A stretch of 64,000 bases of DNA, taken from assembly GCA_047495785.1 (NCBI GenBank), contig JBLDXI010000021.1, forward strand, positions 620,001 through 684,000, in the 5' to 3' direction. This DNA is from Lepidodermella squamata (Eukaryota > Animalia > Gastrotricha). Each line of letters opens with the position of its first letter. Position 1 is the stretch's first letter. Shown in pieces: positions 12,912 to 24,914 of this stretch. The notes beneath the pieces are model-generated. The model was not told where the DNA came from. It did not search any database and saw nothing but the letters and a program-made list of their open reading frames with translations. A program made the translations under genes and the position numbers.

Positions 12912-15900
12912 CTAGGTCCGCGTAACAGCCTGTTGCCGTCGTTCGTCCATTTTCGGCATTTTTCGCTTGTTCGCGCCGATTTCGCCCTCGGCGTCCAGTT
13001 CGCGGGCCCGGTAATAGTGCGGCGCAACTTCAAGAAGCCAATCGGCATCGATCTCAATCGCTTGACGCATGAATTCTTTCGTCGTGAATACCAGCTCGTG
13101 GTAAATTACACACCGGGGCCGTTCATCGAAAAGGCAAGAGTTAGGGTGGATATACACAGTTTGTTGATGTTTCACCGTCTGAATTGTTGATAAAAATAGC
13201 AAATTACGCAAAATTATTGTGAATTAAAATCCTCCTTAATTTTTCAAATTTCATCTCATTACCTTATATTGGCCACTTTTCGTTAATCGAGCTGTGTGGT
13301 AAAAATAGCCGGCTGTGAAGGCTTTGCGAATTGCCACCGCATCACCACCGCTTGAAACCAGTTCAATTTCAGTTCGCTCCATCAATCCAGCCAACTGATC
13401 ACGCACGTCACGTGCCCGCTTCATCGAACGCGCTTGAATGAAGTTTTCATGACACCACTGTGTACTGTAATCGGTATCAACCCACTGCTTGTAAACATTC
13501 AACAACGTTAAGTGATCGCCACCAGGTAGGAAAAAATTCTTCCGCGCCGTGTCAGCATGAACAATTTTGTCTTTCGGGCGGAAGAAAATCGAGTTATTCA
13601 CAGAGAGCATTGAGCAAATCGACAAAATCTCTTCGGAACACTTGTATTTTTCCGACGCGAGAAGAACTTTCGACATCATTGGATCAACCGGAAACTCAGC
13701 CATGCGCCGGCCTAATTTAGTTAACTCGCCCTTATGATTCAACGCGCCGAGGGCGTAAAGTTGCTCGAGGGCTAAAACCAGCGTTTCATGCGGCGGCGGG
13801 TCCATAAAATCGAAATGAATGAGATCGTTAATGCCAAGCGATTTCAACATCAACACGACATTGCCAAGATTTGTCCGCTGGATTTCAGGCACCGTGTTTT
13901 CCTCCAGTTCGTGATCAAATGCCCATTTCGTGTAGAGACGGAAACATTTACCCGGCGCGACACGACCAGCTCGACCCGCTCTTTGGTTGGCACTAGCCCT
14001 CGAAATCGGAGTAACAACCAGCGATTCCATACCGGTTTTCGCGTTATAAGACTTCTGCTTCGAAAAACCAGGATCAATAACGTATACAACACCATCGATT
14101 GTTAGCGAGGTCTCGGCAATGTTTGTGGCCAATACGACCTTTCTAGCACCACGGGGCGTTGGTTCGAATATTTTCGCTTGCATTTCTGATGGAAGGGTCG
14201 AATAAATCGGTAAAATTATCATTTCGCGAATTCTAGACCCGAGTTTACGAGTTCTTTCCAAGAGTAGCTCATGAGCTGCTTCGATTTCCTCCTGACCGGT
14301 CATGAAAACTAGAATATCACCCAGGGGCTGGGTGCAGTGAATTTGGAGACAAGTCACAACACAAGCGTCGATATAATCAGCCTCAGGCGCTTTAGTGTAG
14401 TAAATATCTACAGGGTAACGACGACCGGGTATGCGAAAAATTGGTGCATCGTCGAAAAATTGCGAAAATTTCTCAGCATCGAGCGTTGCACTAGAAATCA
14501 GCAGTTTTAAATCTGGCCTAAATCTCGCGATATCTTTAACCAGGCCGAATAGCACATCGGTATGAAGGGTTCTCTCGTGAGCTTCGTCGATAATTACAAC
14601 AGAGTATGTCGCTAAATCGGGTTCTCCGAGAAATTCTCGCAACATCATACCGTCGGTTAGGTATTTTATCAACGTTTTCTCGGACGAGCAGTCCTCGAAA
14701 CGAATTGAATAACCGACCTCTTGGCCGATTTTCACGCCCATTTCAGTAGCGACACGAGCAGCTACTGACATGGCAGCGACACGACGAGGCTGGGTGCAGG
14801 CAACTGCTTTACGACCGCTTGCTTTCGGAGCGGCTTCAATTACATTGCCATCGTCGTCAAAAACTGGTTTCTTCCTCTCAGGAGCCTTGCAATAGCCAGC
14901 TTCGTACAAATACTGTGGGATTTGCGTGGTCTTGCCCGAACCAGTTTCACCCTCGATGATTAAAACTTGATGGGCTTCAATCGCATCCAACAATTGCTGG
15001 CGGAAGTGATAGATCGGCAGCGATTGTCGGGTTTCTTGAAGCGTCATTGAGGTCTTCTGGGCCTCGGAGAGTTGTGGCTTCACATCCAACTCTGCATCGG
15101 CTAAATCTCCAGCGCCAGGAATTTTCGACTCGATCGCCTCGACGAAATCGATTTCGTCCTCTAAAACAAGTTCGTATTGTTTACCACGCTTCGCCCCAGC
15201 ATCCGCGGCGCCAAAGTGAAGAGTAGCTGCTTTCAATTGTTCGTTTTCCCATCGCTTCTGGTCACTACCCGCTCCACCGATTTCGCTGCCGTTAGGCCCA
15301 GCGATGTCCTCGGGCAACGGGTTGTAAGTCAACTTTTCGTCATCTTTCGGTACGAAATAACGATTGACCCGCTCGATTTGTTTCGCAGCTTCATGCTCTT
15401 TGGCCAACGAAAGAACGCGTCGTTTATACTCGATATCAGCAAGCTCCTTCGCAGTTAACCTATCGCGAAAAATAAGTTATTTAAAAGAACGAGAAAGCAG
15501 TGGAGCATATCACTTTCTAATAAAATACGTGATCTTGTCAGTAAACGGTGAGAAAAAACTCGATTAAGCAAATTAAACGAGTTATTAAACACAAGCCAAG
15601 TAGCTTTATTTACTAAGCATCTAGGTATGCTGAATAAATATTTGAGGTGCTAAATTAGAAGAAATAGGAAAAAACGTACTTTTCCTTAGCAAAGAATTTT
15701 TCTTCTTCGATGAGAGCAAGCTCAAGATCTTCCACTTTCTCGGACCGTCGCTTTTTAAGGTATTGCTGGCGAGATTCTTTACGTATTTCCGGGACGATTT
15801 TCTTTCTATCATCTTGTTCAAGCTGTAACCGCCGGCGAGCCTCGTCGAGAGCCTTCGATTCTGACTTGGACACTGTTTTTCGCTCATCAGTCTTTTGCTT

Positions 15901-16517
15901 GTCTCGTTCCCGAAGTCGACGCGCGAATTCGTCACGTTCCTTCAAATCGTCCTCACGCTCTTTTTCTATATCGTCGCCACTATCGTCGGAATCGGTCTTT
16001 TTCGCGCGCTTTTCAGGCACTTCTTTCGCAGATTCCCATTTTGAGGCACCTTTCGATTCTTCTTCGTCGCTTTTTTCGTCGTCAGCTTTCTTACGGTAAC
16101 TCCGCTGCTGTTTTACAGCTGGCTTTCTCTCCTCATGATCGCTCTCGGAGTCGGCATCGACAAATTGGTAACTTTTCGCCTTTTTCTGAAGAGCGATGGC
16201 TTCGGCCTCTTTTATCCTCGCTTCCTTCACCACAGGTTTAGAGGTCTCTGGATGAGGTATCTATCAATAAAAATAGCATTACATAATAGAAGGATTAGAA
16301 AATACCTAGGACATACCTTAGCCCATAATTCGCCGACAAAACCGGTGACATTGGCTTGATCTAGGTCGAGGGCTTCGGTGTCACGCAATTTTTGCGTAAA
16401 CTCTGAAATTGAGCGGCTTTTATTGGCTAGTTGAACGAGGAAAGACGCTACCGTTTTATCCGAAATGCCAACGATGTCATACAACCGATCACGAACCCAA
16501 CTTTCAGTATTAGACAT
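12912..16517 (-). CDS. DHX16: Pre-mRNA splicing DEAH helicase DHX16/Prp2, four exons
   Basis: N-terminal [74 protein letters not shown]2/OB C-terminus. Confidence 0.97.
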
Positions 16518-16780
16518 CAAGAAGTCTATGAAAAAAAAATTGACAGAAATTAACAAAAAAATTGATGTCATTTATTTTAGTAAAAATTAGCAAGCAGTCG
16601 TGTTAAATTGCATTTGTCACAACCCAGAATATATATAAAATATAAGTTTCGGCATATAAATATAAGTCTCTGACACAAAAACTGGCACCATGATGGAATG
16701 TAGCAAGCAAGATTAATGAAGACTAGCCGTATTCGAACAAGCAAGCAATAATTTGAAGTCGATTTTCAGGCTAAAAAAAT

Positions 16781-17857
16781 CTAATGAGAAGATGAAAATT
16801 TCGATTGCGAAGGCTGAGCCTGGCGGACGTTGTAAACCCCCTGAGAGGGGCGACCCTCGCGGCTGCTACCGCTAGAAACATCGTCGCCTTCGATTTCTGA
16901 TTTGGCAATGCGAATTGGAGTGGCCTGGTGATATTCAGTCGGAGGCCGCGAATGGCGCTCAATATTGTACGACTGCTGCGTCACAGTGGTTTTAGTAGCA
17001 GTGACCATTCGGCTCGAAGAAGTTGCGCTTGAAGTCGAGCCGTTCTTACTAACAGGAGCAGCAGTCCCGAAAGCAGGCGGAGGTGCGTGCTTGATCAAAC
17101 GAAGTGGTTCGGGCGGGGCCACTTGGCTCGGGTTGTAAGCCCGACTGCTATTATTAACCGACGACCTCGGAGCTGATGAGATCGAAACGATTGGAACTGG
17201 AACAGGTGGTGGGTTGCTGTAGGGCGGCCGTTGCTGGTTTTGTTCGACTAGCTTTTCATTCGACTGATTTTGTTCCAATGATGCGTAAACGCCATTTTCA
17301 TGCATGTCTTGAGCAGCTGGTTCGTCTTCTTCTTCGATAGTTTCCTGATAATGTTCCTCTTCCTCGTCAAGTCCTTCTTCGTCGACATCTTGGGGCTGAG
17401 CAGTTGGAGGGCTTCCGTCGGTTCTGACTTCTTTCAAACGATTTGATTCTTCCTTGTCGAACGGAAAGCGCAGATTCGAATGGCTGCCTTTGAGAATATG
17501 CTTAGCTGCAGCGTCTTCCATATGCCTCGCTTGATCTTCCCGCTGCTTTTTGCGGCGGTAAAAAATAAATCCGATAATGAGAGCCGCCAAGACGACGACG
17601 ACAACAACGACTGAAACAATTATTTTCACTAAATCATCCGATCCGCCAGATTTGGAGCAAACTGTATCCATGCATCGACTACCGCAGAAACCGGTTTTGC
17701 AAAAACAAAATCCTGTTTTGTCGCATCGATCGGCGTTATTGAGATCGCACGGACATGGGTCTTGGCAAAGTGGCGGTAATTTGTTGTCCGAACACGTTTC
17801 AGACATTAAAACTTTAATGTAAAACCCTATGCCATTAAACAAAAATAATTTGAACAT
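16781..17857 (-). CDS. EGF-like-domain single-pass membrane protein with long low-complexity tail
   Basis: CPC..CDKTGFCFCKTGFCGSRC, TM IIVSVVVVVVVLAALIIGFIFY then RRKK, tyrosine motifs (GVYASL). Start 17857 or 17806 uncertain. Confidence 0.75.
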   Translation of the reverse strand: MFKLFLFNGIGFYIKVLMSETCSDNKLPPLCQDPCPCDLNNADRCDKTGFCFCKTGFCGSRCMDTVCSKSGGSDDLVKIIVSVVVVVVVLAALIIGFIFYRRKKQREDQARHMEDAAAKHILKGSHSNLRFPFDKEESNRLKEVRTDGSPPTAQPQDVDEEGLDEEEEHYQETIEEEDEPAAQDMHENGVYASLEQNQSNEKLVEQNQQRPPYSNPPPVPVPIVSISSAPRSSVNNSSRAYNPSQVAPPEPLRLIKHAPPPAFGTAAPVSKNGSTSSATSSSRMVTATKTTVTQQSYNIERHSRPPTEYHQATPIRIAKSEIEGDDVSSGSSREGRPSQGVYNVRQAQPSQSKFSSSH

Positions 17858-17904
17858 ATTTTACTAATTTTTCTCAATTCGATAAATCTATCTGATCAAT
17901 AGAA

Positions 17905-19443
17905 TTATTTGGCTTTTGCCGACTTCGCTTTAGATTTTGCACTGCCTTTAGGAGGTGGCGCCGCCGCAGATTTCGGAGGTAGTGCATGACCGGAAGTTTG
18001 CAAGTGCTGAAACATCTTGTTTCGAGAAGGGAATATTTCCTTGCATTTATCACATGCGTAGATGACTTCTTCAGGTTCTGCTGGTTCAACTTTAACAGGC
18101 CGAGTTTTCACCTTTGGCTTTTTCTGAGATTCTTCAGCAGGAGCCACAGGCGCAGCAGCTTGCGTAACAGGCGGCGGCACAGAGTCGGGTTCTTCGACTT
18201 TTACCTCGTCGTCCTCGTCTGAGTCATCGCGCTGCTTTCCTTTCTTCTTTTTTCCACCGGATTTCTTTTTCGGCTTATCTTCTTCGTCGTCACTCCCATC
18301 CCCACCTGCCGCCATAGCTTCGAGGAAATCTAACCGTTTCAAAATTTTGGCAGCCATTTCATCTTCCTCATTGTCGCCAACTTCACCCAGTTGCGCACGA
18401 ACAAATTCTACTCGTTCAACATGCTTCCTTGATCGGACGTGATTAACCATGGCTTTTTCAGTCTTGAAAGACTTATCGCAGGCAACACAATACAAAGGAT
18501 CGTCTTCTTCCTCTCCCTCTGCACCTTCGCCGTCAGCATCGGCAGTTTCCGAGATGGAATGACGACCAAATTCGGATGCCAGCTTCTCCTCCAGCTCGCG
18601 CATTTGATCGTCATCGGTATGAGTCCAATCAGTTTTACCTTCGTTGGCTTCTTTAATGACAGCTGCACGCAACTCACGTCTCGCCAGGGCAGCTTCTCGT
18701 CTCTTTTCTTCTTGGCGTTTAGCCACAGCAGCATTCCGCTCTTCAACTTCTCGTCGATGAACAGCAATTCGGGGATCGCGCTTCTTCACAAACCGTACCA
18801 AAGCTCGAACTTCTTCGTTTCGCTCTTTACGCGCTTTTTCTCGCAATTTATTATTTTCAGCTTCCATCAACCTGCGAACATCTCTGTTGGGTGCGTCTCT
18901 AGTGTCCCATTTGTCGACCCAGCAGAATGATTTAACAGTCATATACGATTCCCAAAAGTCATAAAACGGGCCAACAACATCATCATAAGAAGAATTAGAT
19001 AAGCCGAATTTCGGAGCAGGGACGTAGTCGGAGGAATCAACAAAAGGTGAGTCTTCCACAGATATTTTAGTAAAAACTTCGTTATACACGGCGAAGAAGC
19101 CTTTCTCTCCATCATCAAAGCCAGAGAAACAAGATGTACTGAAATACTCATACACATCCAGGCTGTCGTCGTCCTCTGTCGTGCTACCATCTGCACCACG
19201 ATGTTTGAAACCTCCGCGGATAATTGCTTCCCGGTGGTCGTCATACCAAGTTCTTTCTTGAGGATCACTCAATACGTCGTAAGCAGTTTGAATGGCACGG
19301 AACTGCTCCGTGGCCTCAGCTATCCTGTCCGGGTTCTTGTCAGGATGCCACACAAGGGCTTGTTTGCGGTAAGCTTTCTTGATGTCCTCGTCGCTTGCAT
19401 CTCGAGCGACACCGAGTAATTCATAGTAACATTTTGTAGGCAT
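17905..19443 (-). CDS. DNAJC21: DnaJ homolog subfamily C member 21 (Jjj1), single exon
   Basis: J domain with HPDKN, zuotin-like region (RRLMEAENNK), two C2H2 fingers (CVACDKSF..H; CDKCKEIFPSRNKMFQHL). Confidence 0.97.
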   Translation of the reverse strand: MPTKCYYELLGVARDASDEDIKKAYRKQALVWHPDKNPDRIAEATEQFRAIQTAYDVLSDPQERTWYDDHREAIIRGGFKHRGADGSTTEDDDSLDVYEYFSTSCFSGFDDGEKGFFAVYNEVFTKISVEDSPFVDSSDYVPAPKFGLSNSSYDDVVGPFYDFWESYMTVKSFCWVDKWDTRDAPNRDVRRLMEAENNKLREKARKERNEEVRALVRFVKKRDPRIAVHRREVEERNAAVAKRQEEKRREAALARRELRAAVIKEANEGKTDWTHTDDDQMRELEEKLASEFGRHSISETADADGEGAEGEEEDDPLYCVACDKSFKTEKAMVNHVRSRKHVERVEFVRAQLGEVGDNEEDEMAAKILKRLDFLEAMAAGGDGSDDEEDKPKKKSGGKKKKGKQRDDSDEDDEVKVEEPDSVPPPVTQAAAPVAPAEESQKKPKVKTRPVKVEPAEPEEVIYACDKCKEIFPSRNKMFQHLQTSGHALPPKSAAAPPPKGSAKSKAKSAKAK

Positions 19444-20039
19444 TATGCATGCTGTTTGGAGGCGATTCTTAAATACGTACACCCACAGTAAGTCCTAGAT
19501 AAGTAATTAAGAAAGTAGAAAGAGTGCTGAGAGTGCTGAGTTATATGATACATGATACAATTCCAAAGATCCCACGCAATTCGCAATAGCTGAAAAAGCT
19601 TAGCAACATAGTAAATAAGAGTAAATAAGATAGCGAGGGTTCGTAGCGCAACAAAAAAATTGCAACGAATGCCTTTCGCATTAGTCTCCTACGCCTTATC
19701 GGTCACCCAAAGCTCGGTAGGACTGTGAAGAGCGCGAGCCATTTCCCTTTTCTCATCCCCAAGGATTTCTCTCTTCTGTAAGAAATGTATTTTTTATGCA
19801 ATAAACTTTGTGCGTCATAAAAATCGCATACAATTTTATAAAATCATCATAACAGATGATTAAAATTTTAATTGTTGTGAACATTTTGAGCGCCAAGTTT
19901 CATCAGCTGTTTTGCCGATTTCGTATTATAGTTTTTGCGCGCACGCATGCATCTCATCCGAGTTACCTGTGTAACATTCAAACATGAAAGATGGCCAGGT
20001 ATGGCACTGAAAAGCCGGGTGCGTAAGTCAGCGTAGTGG

Positions 20040-20530
20040 CTAGTCCGACAAACAGAAAGAAATGTACTGCTGAACGCCTATAACGCCTGAGCATTCCGAG
20101 AGAACTATACGAAAAGACGGGGACTACACCATCAGCTTCGGAGACAGCAAGAATGAGAAAATGGCGCCTTTTCGGCCACATTCTACGTCTACCGGCAACG
20201 ACACCAGCGCAAGCCGCGATGAACTTGTATTTCCGAGTTGGTGGCCAACCCTACCTAGGCCGGGGCCTTACCACTCTGCTGAAAGTGCTTGTTGAGGAAA
20301 TAATGGAAGCACAAAATCATCTAAAAGTCACATATGATGATCACAACTATGGGAAACTTTGGTATCCTGATGTGGCTTGCGCAAAAGACATGGGCATGTT
20401 TCGAGATCTCGCCAGCGACAATCGATGTCGACGAGTGACCGCCCGAATTTGTGCCTCCGCGTCGAAGGCGGTAAAACGCTCTCAGATGGTGTAAAGCCGT
20501 AATCATCATAATCAATCATCATCATTCCGA
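20040..20530 (+). mobile_element. 5'-truncated RTE-like non-LTR retrotransposon remnant
   Basis: ELYEKTG..RKWRLFGHILRLPATTPAQAAM resembles the post-RT C-terminus of RTE elements; followed by an (ATC)n-like tail at ~20501-20525. Confidence 0.65.
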
Positions 20531-21384
20531 GAGAATAATGTCCTCCCACGTCTACGGCCTTGAGCGTTAAGCGTTAAGCGGTGGCTGCGGGTGTAACCGT
20601 GTCAGACGCTCGAAATTTAAAATCGCACCACATCAGTCAAAAATTTTAGCCGAAGTTCATCCTAGAGCGATACCAGTCGATCGAACTTCTCAGGAACCCT
20701 ACTATAATATGCAATAATAGGCTATAACAGCCGATTATAGGCTGCTGTTATCAACAATCATGCTCCTAATTCATATAGAAACTGGAGGGGAAATATTACG
20801 GTAATTTGTTTCGTTTTCCTTTCAATATTTCCATTCAATTTCAAGGCTTCACGGGCGATAAGAGTATGAGATGGTCTTTTTCATCATTTTTGTTTGCCAC
20901 CGTTGTTGCTGCCGATTAGGCTTTTCGCATGGTAGTGGTGCTTGTGACTTCTACGTGGATTGCTTATTTAGTAAAACCGTTTTTGATGTTTTTTGATTAT
21001 TTGATATCAAGCCCATTTCTTTCCCTTATTTTTCTCTGTTGAACTTGGCGACAGGAGACAGTGTTAATGATGATGCGATGTTGATAGCACATCTCGCTGC
21101 TGCGATCTACAGTGTTGGTAGAATTTATAGATATAAAAAACAAAATATTCACATCTGTATCCGAAGTTAGTCCAGAAACTGTCGATAATTAAACCCTATG
21201 TAAACAAGTAAGCAAGTAAGTTAGATGTCTGAGTGTCGACTTTTGGATCGTATATTTGACATTTTGTTAGAAAACGTGTGTTCTCGATCAGTTATTTAGT
21301 CGACTTCAAGGGATTTGATCTATTTGGTTGAAATAACGTTGTTTACTTCTTATTCTCATTCTTCTTAATTGCAGATTTTATTAA

Positions 21385-23158
21385 ATGGGCTCAGTGAAAA
21401 ATGGCTCAGATACATTGTCCGATTTCTCCGCGATATTAAAAGGAAATGGCGTGTTCTTAGCTCCAATGGTCCGAATCGGCATATTGCCGTTTCGAATTCT
21501 TTCTTTGAGATATGGCGCTGACTTGGTTTGGTCAGACGTAAATAATTTAACCTCAGATCATAGATTGAATCTGTGAGTTGCTTTTAATCCAGGAAATTAT
21601 TGACATCAAGTTTCTAAGGACACAGAGAATTGAGAATGGTAAGTCTAGAAAAGAAGCAATTGGAATGTGATCAATCTTGAATCTTTATAGAACTTCGTGG
21701 AACAATCGACTACGTCATGGAGGATGGGCATGTTGTATACCAAACATGCGCTGAAGAAAAGGGGCGTAATGTGCTGCAGATTGTAAATTTTTGAAATTAA
21801 TGCTTCATGATGAGATTATAACGTGTTTCGTAGGGATGCTCTTGTCCTGTACGAGCTGCTCAGGTCGTCAAGCACATGTATGTAGCTCTTCTTGCGCCGA
21901 GATCCCAAGTTATTAACAGTATTGTTTTATAACCTTAAATAGTCATCCAGGCGATGTTGCTGCAATAGATCTGAATATGGGCTGTCCTAAGCCCTTTTCG
22001 ATTCGAGTAAGCCTTGATAACAATTCGGAGATTTGGCTAATAGATCACGATTAGGGAGGAATGGGCGCAGCTCTACTCCGGAACAAGGATAATGTCCGAA
22101 AAGTATGATTTTTTCAGAACTAATTCGGTATCAAACGATGTCTTTGCCAGATATTATCCGCTATGGTAGCTAATTCGTCAGTTCCTGTTACTTGCAAAAT
22201 TAGGGTGCTGCCCACAGTAAGTAGAATATACATCTTTTGCGACGTTACTATAATATTTGTACATGTTAGCTCGAAGATGCGATTGAAATAGCTCGAATCG
22301 CCCAAGAATGTGGTGTGGCCTGTGTTACAGTTCATGGTAGAACACCCCATCACGAGCCAACTCATCCTAATAACGAAGAAGCGATCGCTGCTATCGCCAA
22401 GGCCTTGTCGATTCCTGTAAATGACTGAAAAAAATCAACTGCGCTTCGGCTAAATTATATTATAGGTTGTGGGTAATGGAAGCTCGCCAGTGATTTCATG
22501 CCGAGAAGACGCTTTGAAATTTATGGAACGGACTTCAACATCTTCAGTCATGTTGGCACGAAGCGCCTTGGAGAATCCATCTGTATTTTGTAAGGATGGG
22601 CGGAAACCTTACCAAGAAGTTATCCGCGAGTACCTAAAATTGTGCGCTGAATTCGACATTCCAACTCACCTAGTAAAATATACAGTTGGCCAGCTGGTTT
22701 CAAGCTGGCACCCTAAAAGCGGAACGCCTGATGATTGCGTGAAACAAAGGTGGCAAAGCGCTGCATTTGCTAGCAATACTTTCGCTGATATGCTGCCGGT
22801 GTTTGATATCGACGAGGAGACAATTTCGAAATATAACGAAAGACACAAGAAGTTGTGTGATTTTTGGCGAATTCGTTCGGATGGAAGTGGTGTTATTACT
22901 ATACCAGTTGATAATAGCGCGAAGACTATTATGGTTGGGGGTGGAAACTCGCCGAAAGATCTGTTGGCTACATTTTGCAAGCGCCGGAAGTTATCAGACC
23001 CGGTCTACGAATCACAGCAGCGCGAGGACAAGCAATTTTGTTCACTGGTTGTTATCGATGACAAAAAGTATACAAGTGGCAGGATTGAACAGAGAAAACG
23101 AGTGAGCGAACAAACGGCAGCTTTAGCTGCTCTAGTATATCTGGATGCCTTCACATAA
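21385..23158 (+). CDS. DUS2: tRNA-dihydrouridine(20) synthase DUS2, multi-exon
   Basis: LAPMVRIGILPFRILSLRYGAD, DLNMGCPKPFS/GGMGAALL, PVTCKIR, VHGR, C-terminal dsRBD (PVYES..SEQTAALAAL). Confidence 0.95.
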
Positions 23159-23333
23159 CATCGCCATTGTTGAGATATTTTATGCACAAGAAAGCTTTTG
23201 CTTCGAATAGTTTATTCGAATTGACCTGAGAAATAAACATTTCAATGACTAAAATATTGCACTTTTTTGATTATAGAAAAGCATTATTGAATGCAATTAC
23301 GCCCAGTTGACTTCACAGCTAAGTTTGGAAAAT

Positions 23334-24106
23334 TTACGACTGCTTTACCGAGGATCTTTTGCCACTCGGTTGATTTTGAGGCGATGGAGAAACGGCATTA
23401 TTACTTGGACTCGGTGCCGGGGCATTAATTGCCCCGCTTGATTTTTTCGTGCTGATTTTTGTCGCAACCTTGGCGGTTTTGTTGGATTTTTGCCCGGATG
23501 TAGGATTCAAAGCAACTATCAAAGAGAAATGGGAATTTGTATTACGTTTAAACAGACGAATTTAACCAACCTATGAAGTCTTTATCGTCCTCTAAGCTTT
23601 TCAACAGAGGCACCAATTTGCAATTATTTGCAAGTTTTTCGCCCGTTTTCGCTTCTGCAGGATCAACGGAATTGGAAAAAAATAATTTAAATTGCGCTGC
23701 TTTACCTTCAACTCTCAGCAGGATCAATTTCTCCCTCTCGCCGATGAACTGAGATGTATATGCTTCGAGGTTTCTTTAACAAAAATCCTAGAATTATTGC
23801 AGCAAGTTTTTGACAGCGCAAATTTTACCTGAACAAAAATTTGCAATCGCCATTTTCATCTGCTACATCAATTTGATCTGGAAAATAACAAGTTAATCCG
23901 ATATTTTATAGGAAAATTAATATTTTACCAGCTATACCGCAGACCTCTGAGCATTTGACCCTGATGCAGTGAAGAAAATTGATATTTTTGCAATTGATAT
24001 TGAGAAGCTCTTCTTTGCCATCTGTTGGTACAGAGCCGTCTTAAATTAGGTTTTCTGATGATTTATGGTTGAATTTACCTGCAAACAACACCGTCGCAAA
24101 CGACAT
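23334..24106 (-). CDS. CXorf65/C22orf15-like protein, many small exons
   Basis: Manual splicing gives MSFATVLFAD..LLNINCKNINFLHCIRVKC..QIDVADENGDCKFLF..EAYTSQFIGERG..LVPLLKS..IVAL plus a basic tail, matching the remembered CXorf65 pattern. Confidence 0.7.
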
Positions 24107-24483
24107 GGTAAACAGCAGCAAACGGTCAACTTATGAAATTGATAGATATTATAAAAGCTGGCCTCTCTTAGTAATAAAAACTACGCGAACGATTATTGTA
24201 GAACTGGAAATGCGCACGCTGGTTGGCAACGCGCGCGTTTTCTATTATACTTGATAATTCGAGCCGTAAACATACCTCTTCACTTGCGGTTACGCCTATG
24301 AAAGCAGCGTGTATATTTTTTGGAGCGGCTTTGCGATAAATTATTTAAAAGAAAAACGGCGCGTTTTAATCAATAACGCACGAAGCCGGCTGGGTCGATG
24401 ACCTTTGAATGATACCCTCTTGCCGGTAAAATATACTTCCTTCAATTTACTCGAGTTTTTTTATTTAATTTCGTGCTTAATCG

Positions 24484-24883
24484 TCATCTTGCGTTATTCA
24501 ACTTTTTTACGTATTCGTTCATGAGGTAATCAGCGATATGCTCCTGACCGTATTCTCTCAGAGATTTGATGAATAATTTCCACGAGTTTTGATTAGACAA
24601 TTTACTGAGGGCGAATTTCGTTAGGAATTCCAATACCATCAATTCATCAGTCTCCTGTCACGAAAAATGGATGAAAAATGCTGAATGAAAGAAATTAAAA
24701 GGATACCTTTGACTCTAACTGGTTTTTCTCTGCGTTGGTAAAAATGCCATCGCTGACCATTTGGAGTAAAACATCCCCTTCCAATATCAACATGTTGCAA
24801 AGCATTGGATAACACGAGTCTATCGTTGCCTTTAATATCGAGTGATGTTTAGGTGCTGAGATTTTTATATCATCAGCACTCAT
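24484..24883 (-). CDS. CARD-only (death-fold) protein, 115 aa; exons 24883-24707 and 24654-24484
   Basis: DVLLQMVSDGIFTNAEKNQLESK|ETDE..SWKLFIKSLREYGQEHIADYL is a CARD helix pattern; in-frame GT-AG intron. Confidence 0.75.
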
Positions 24884-24914
24884 AATGTCTAAATCATTTA
24901 ATAGAAAATTAATA

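Noticed and set aside
13460-19419. Many antisense and alternate-frame ORFs over DHX16, EGF-TM and DNAJC21
   Set aside because: Shadow ORFs of real coding sequence with no independent motifs
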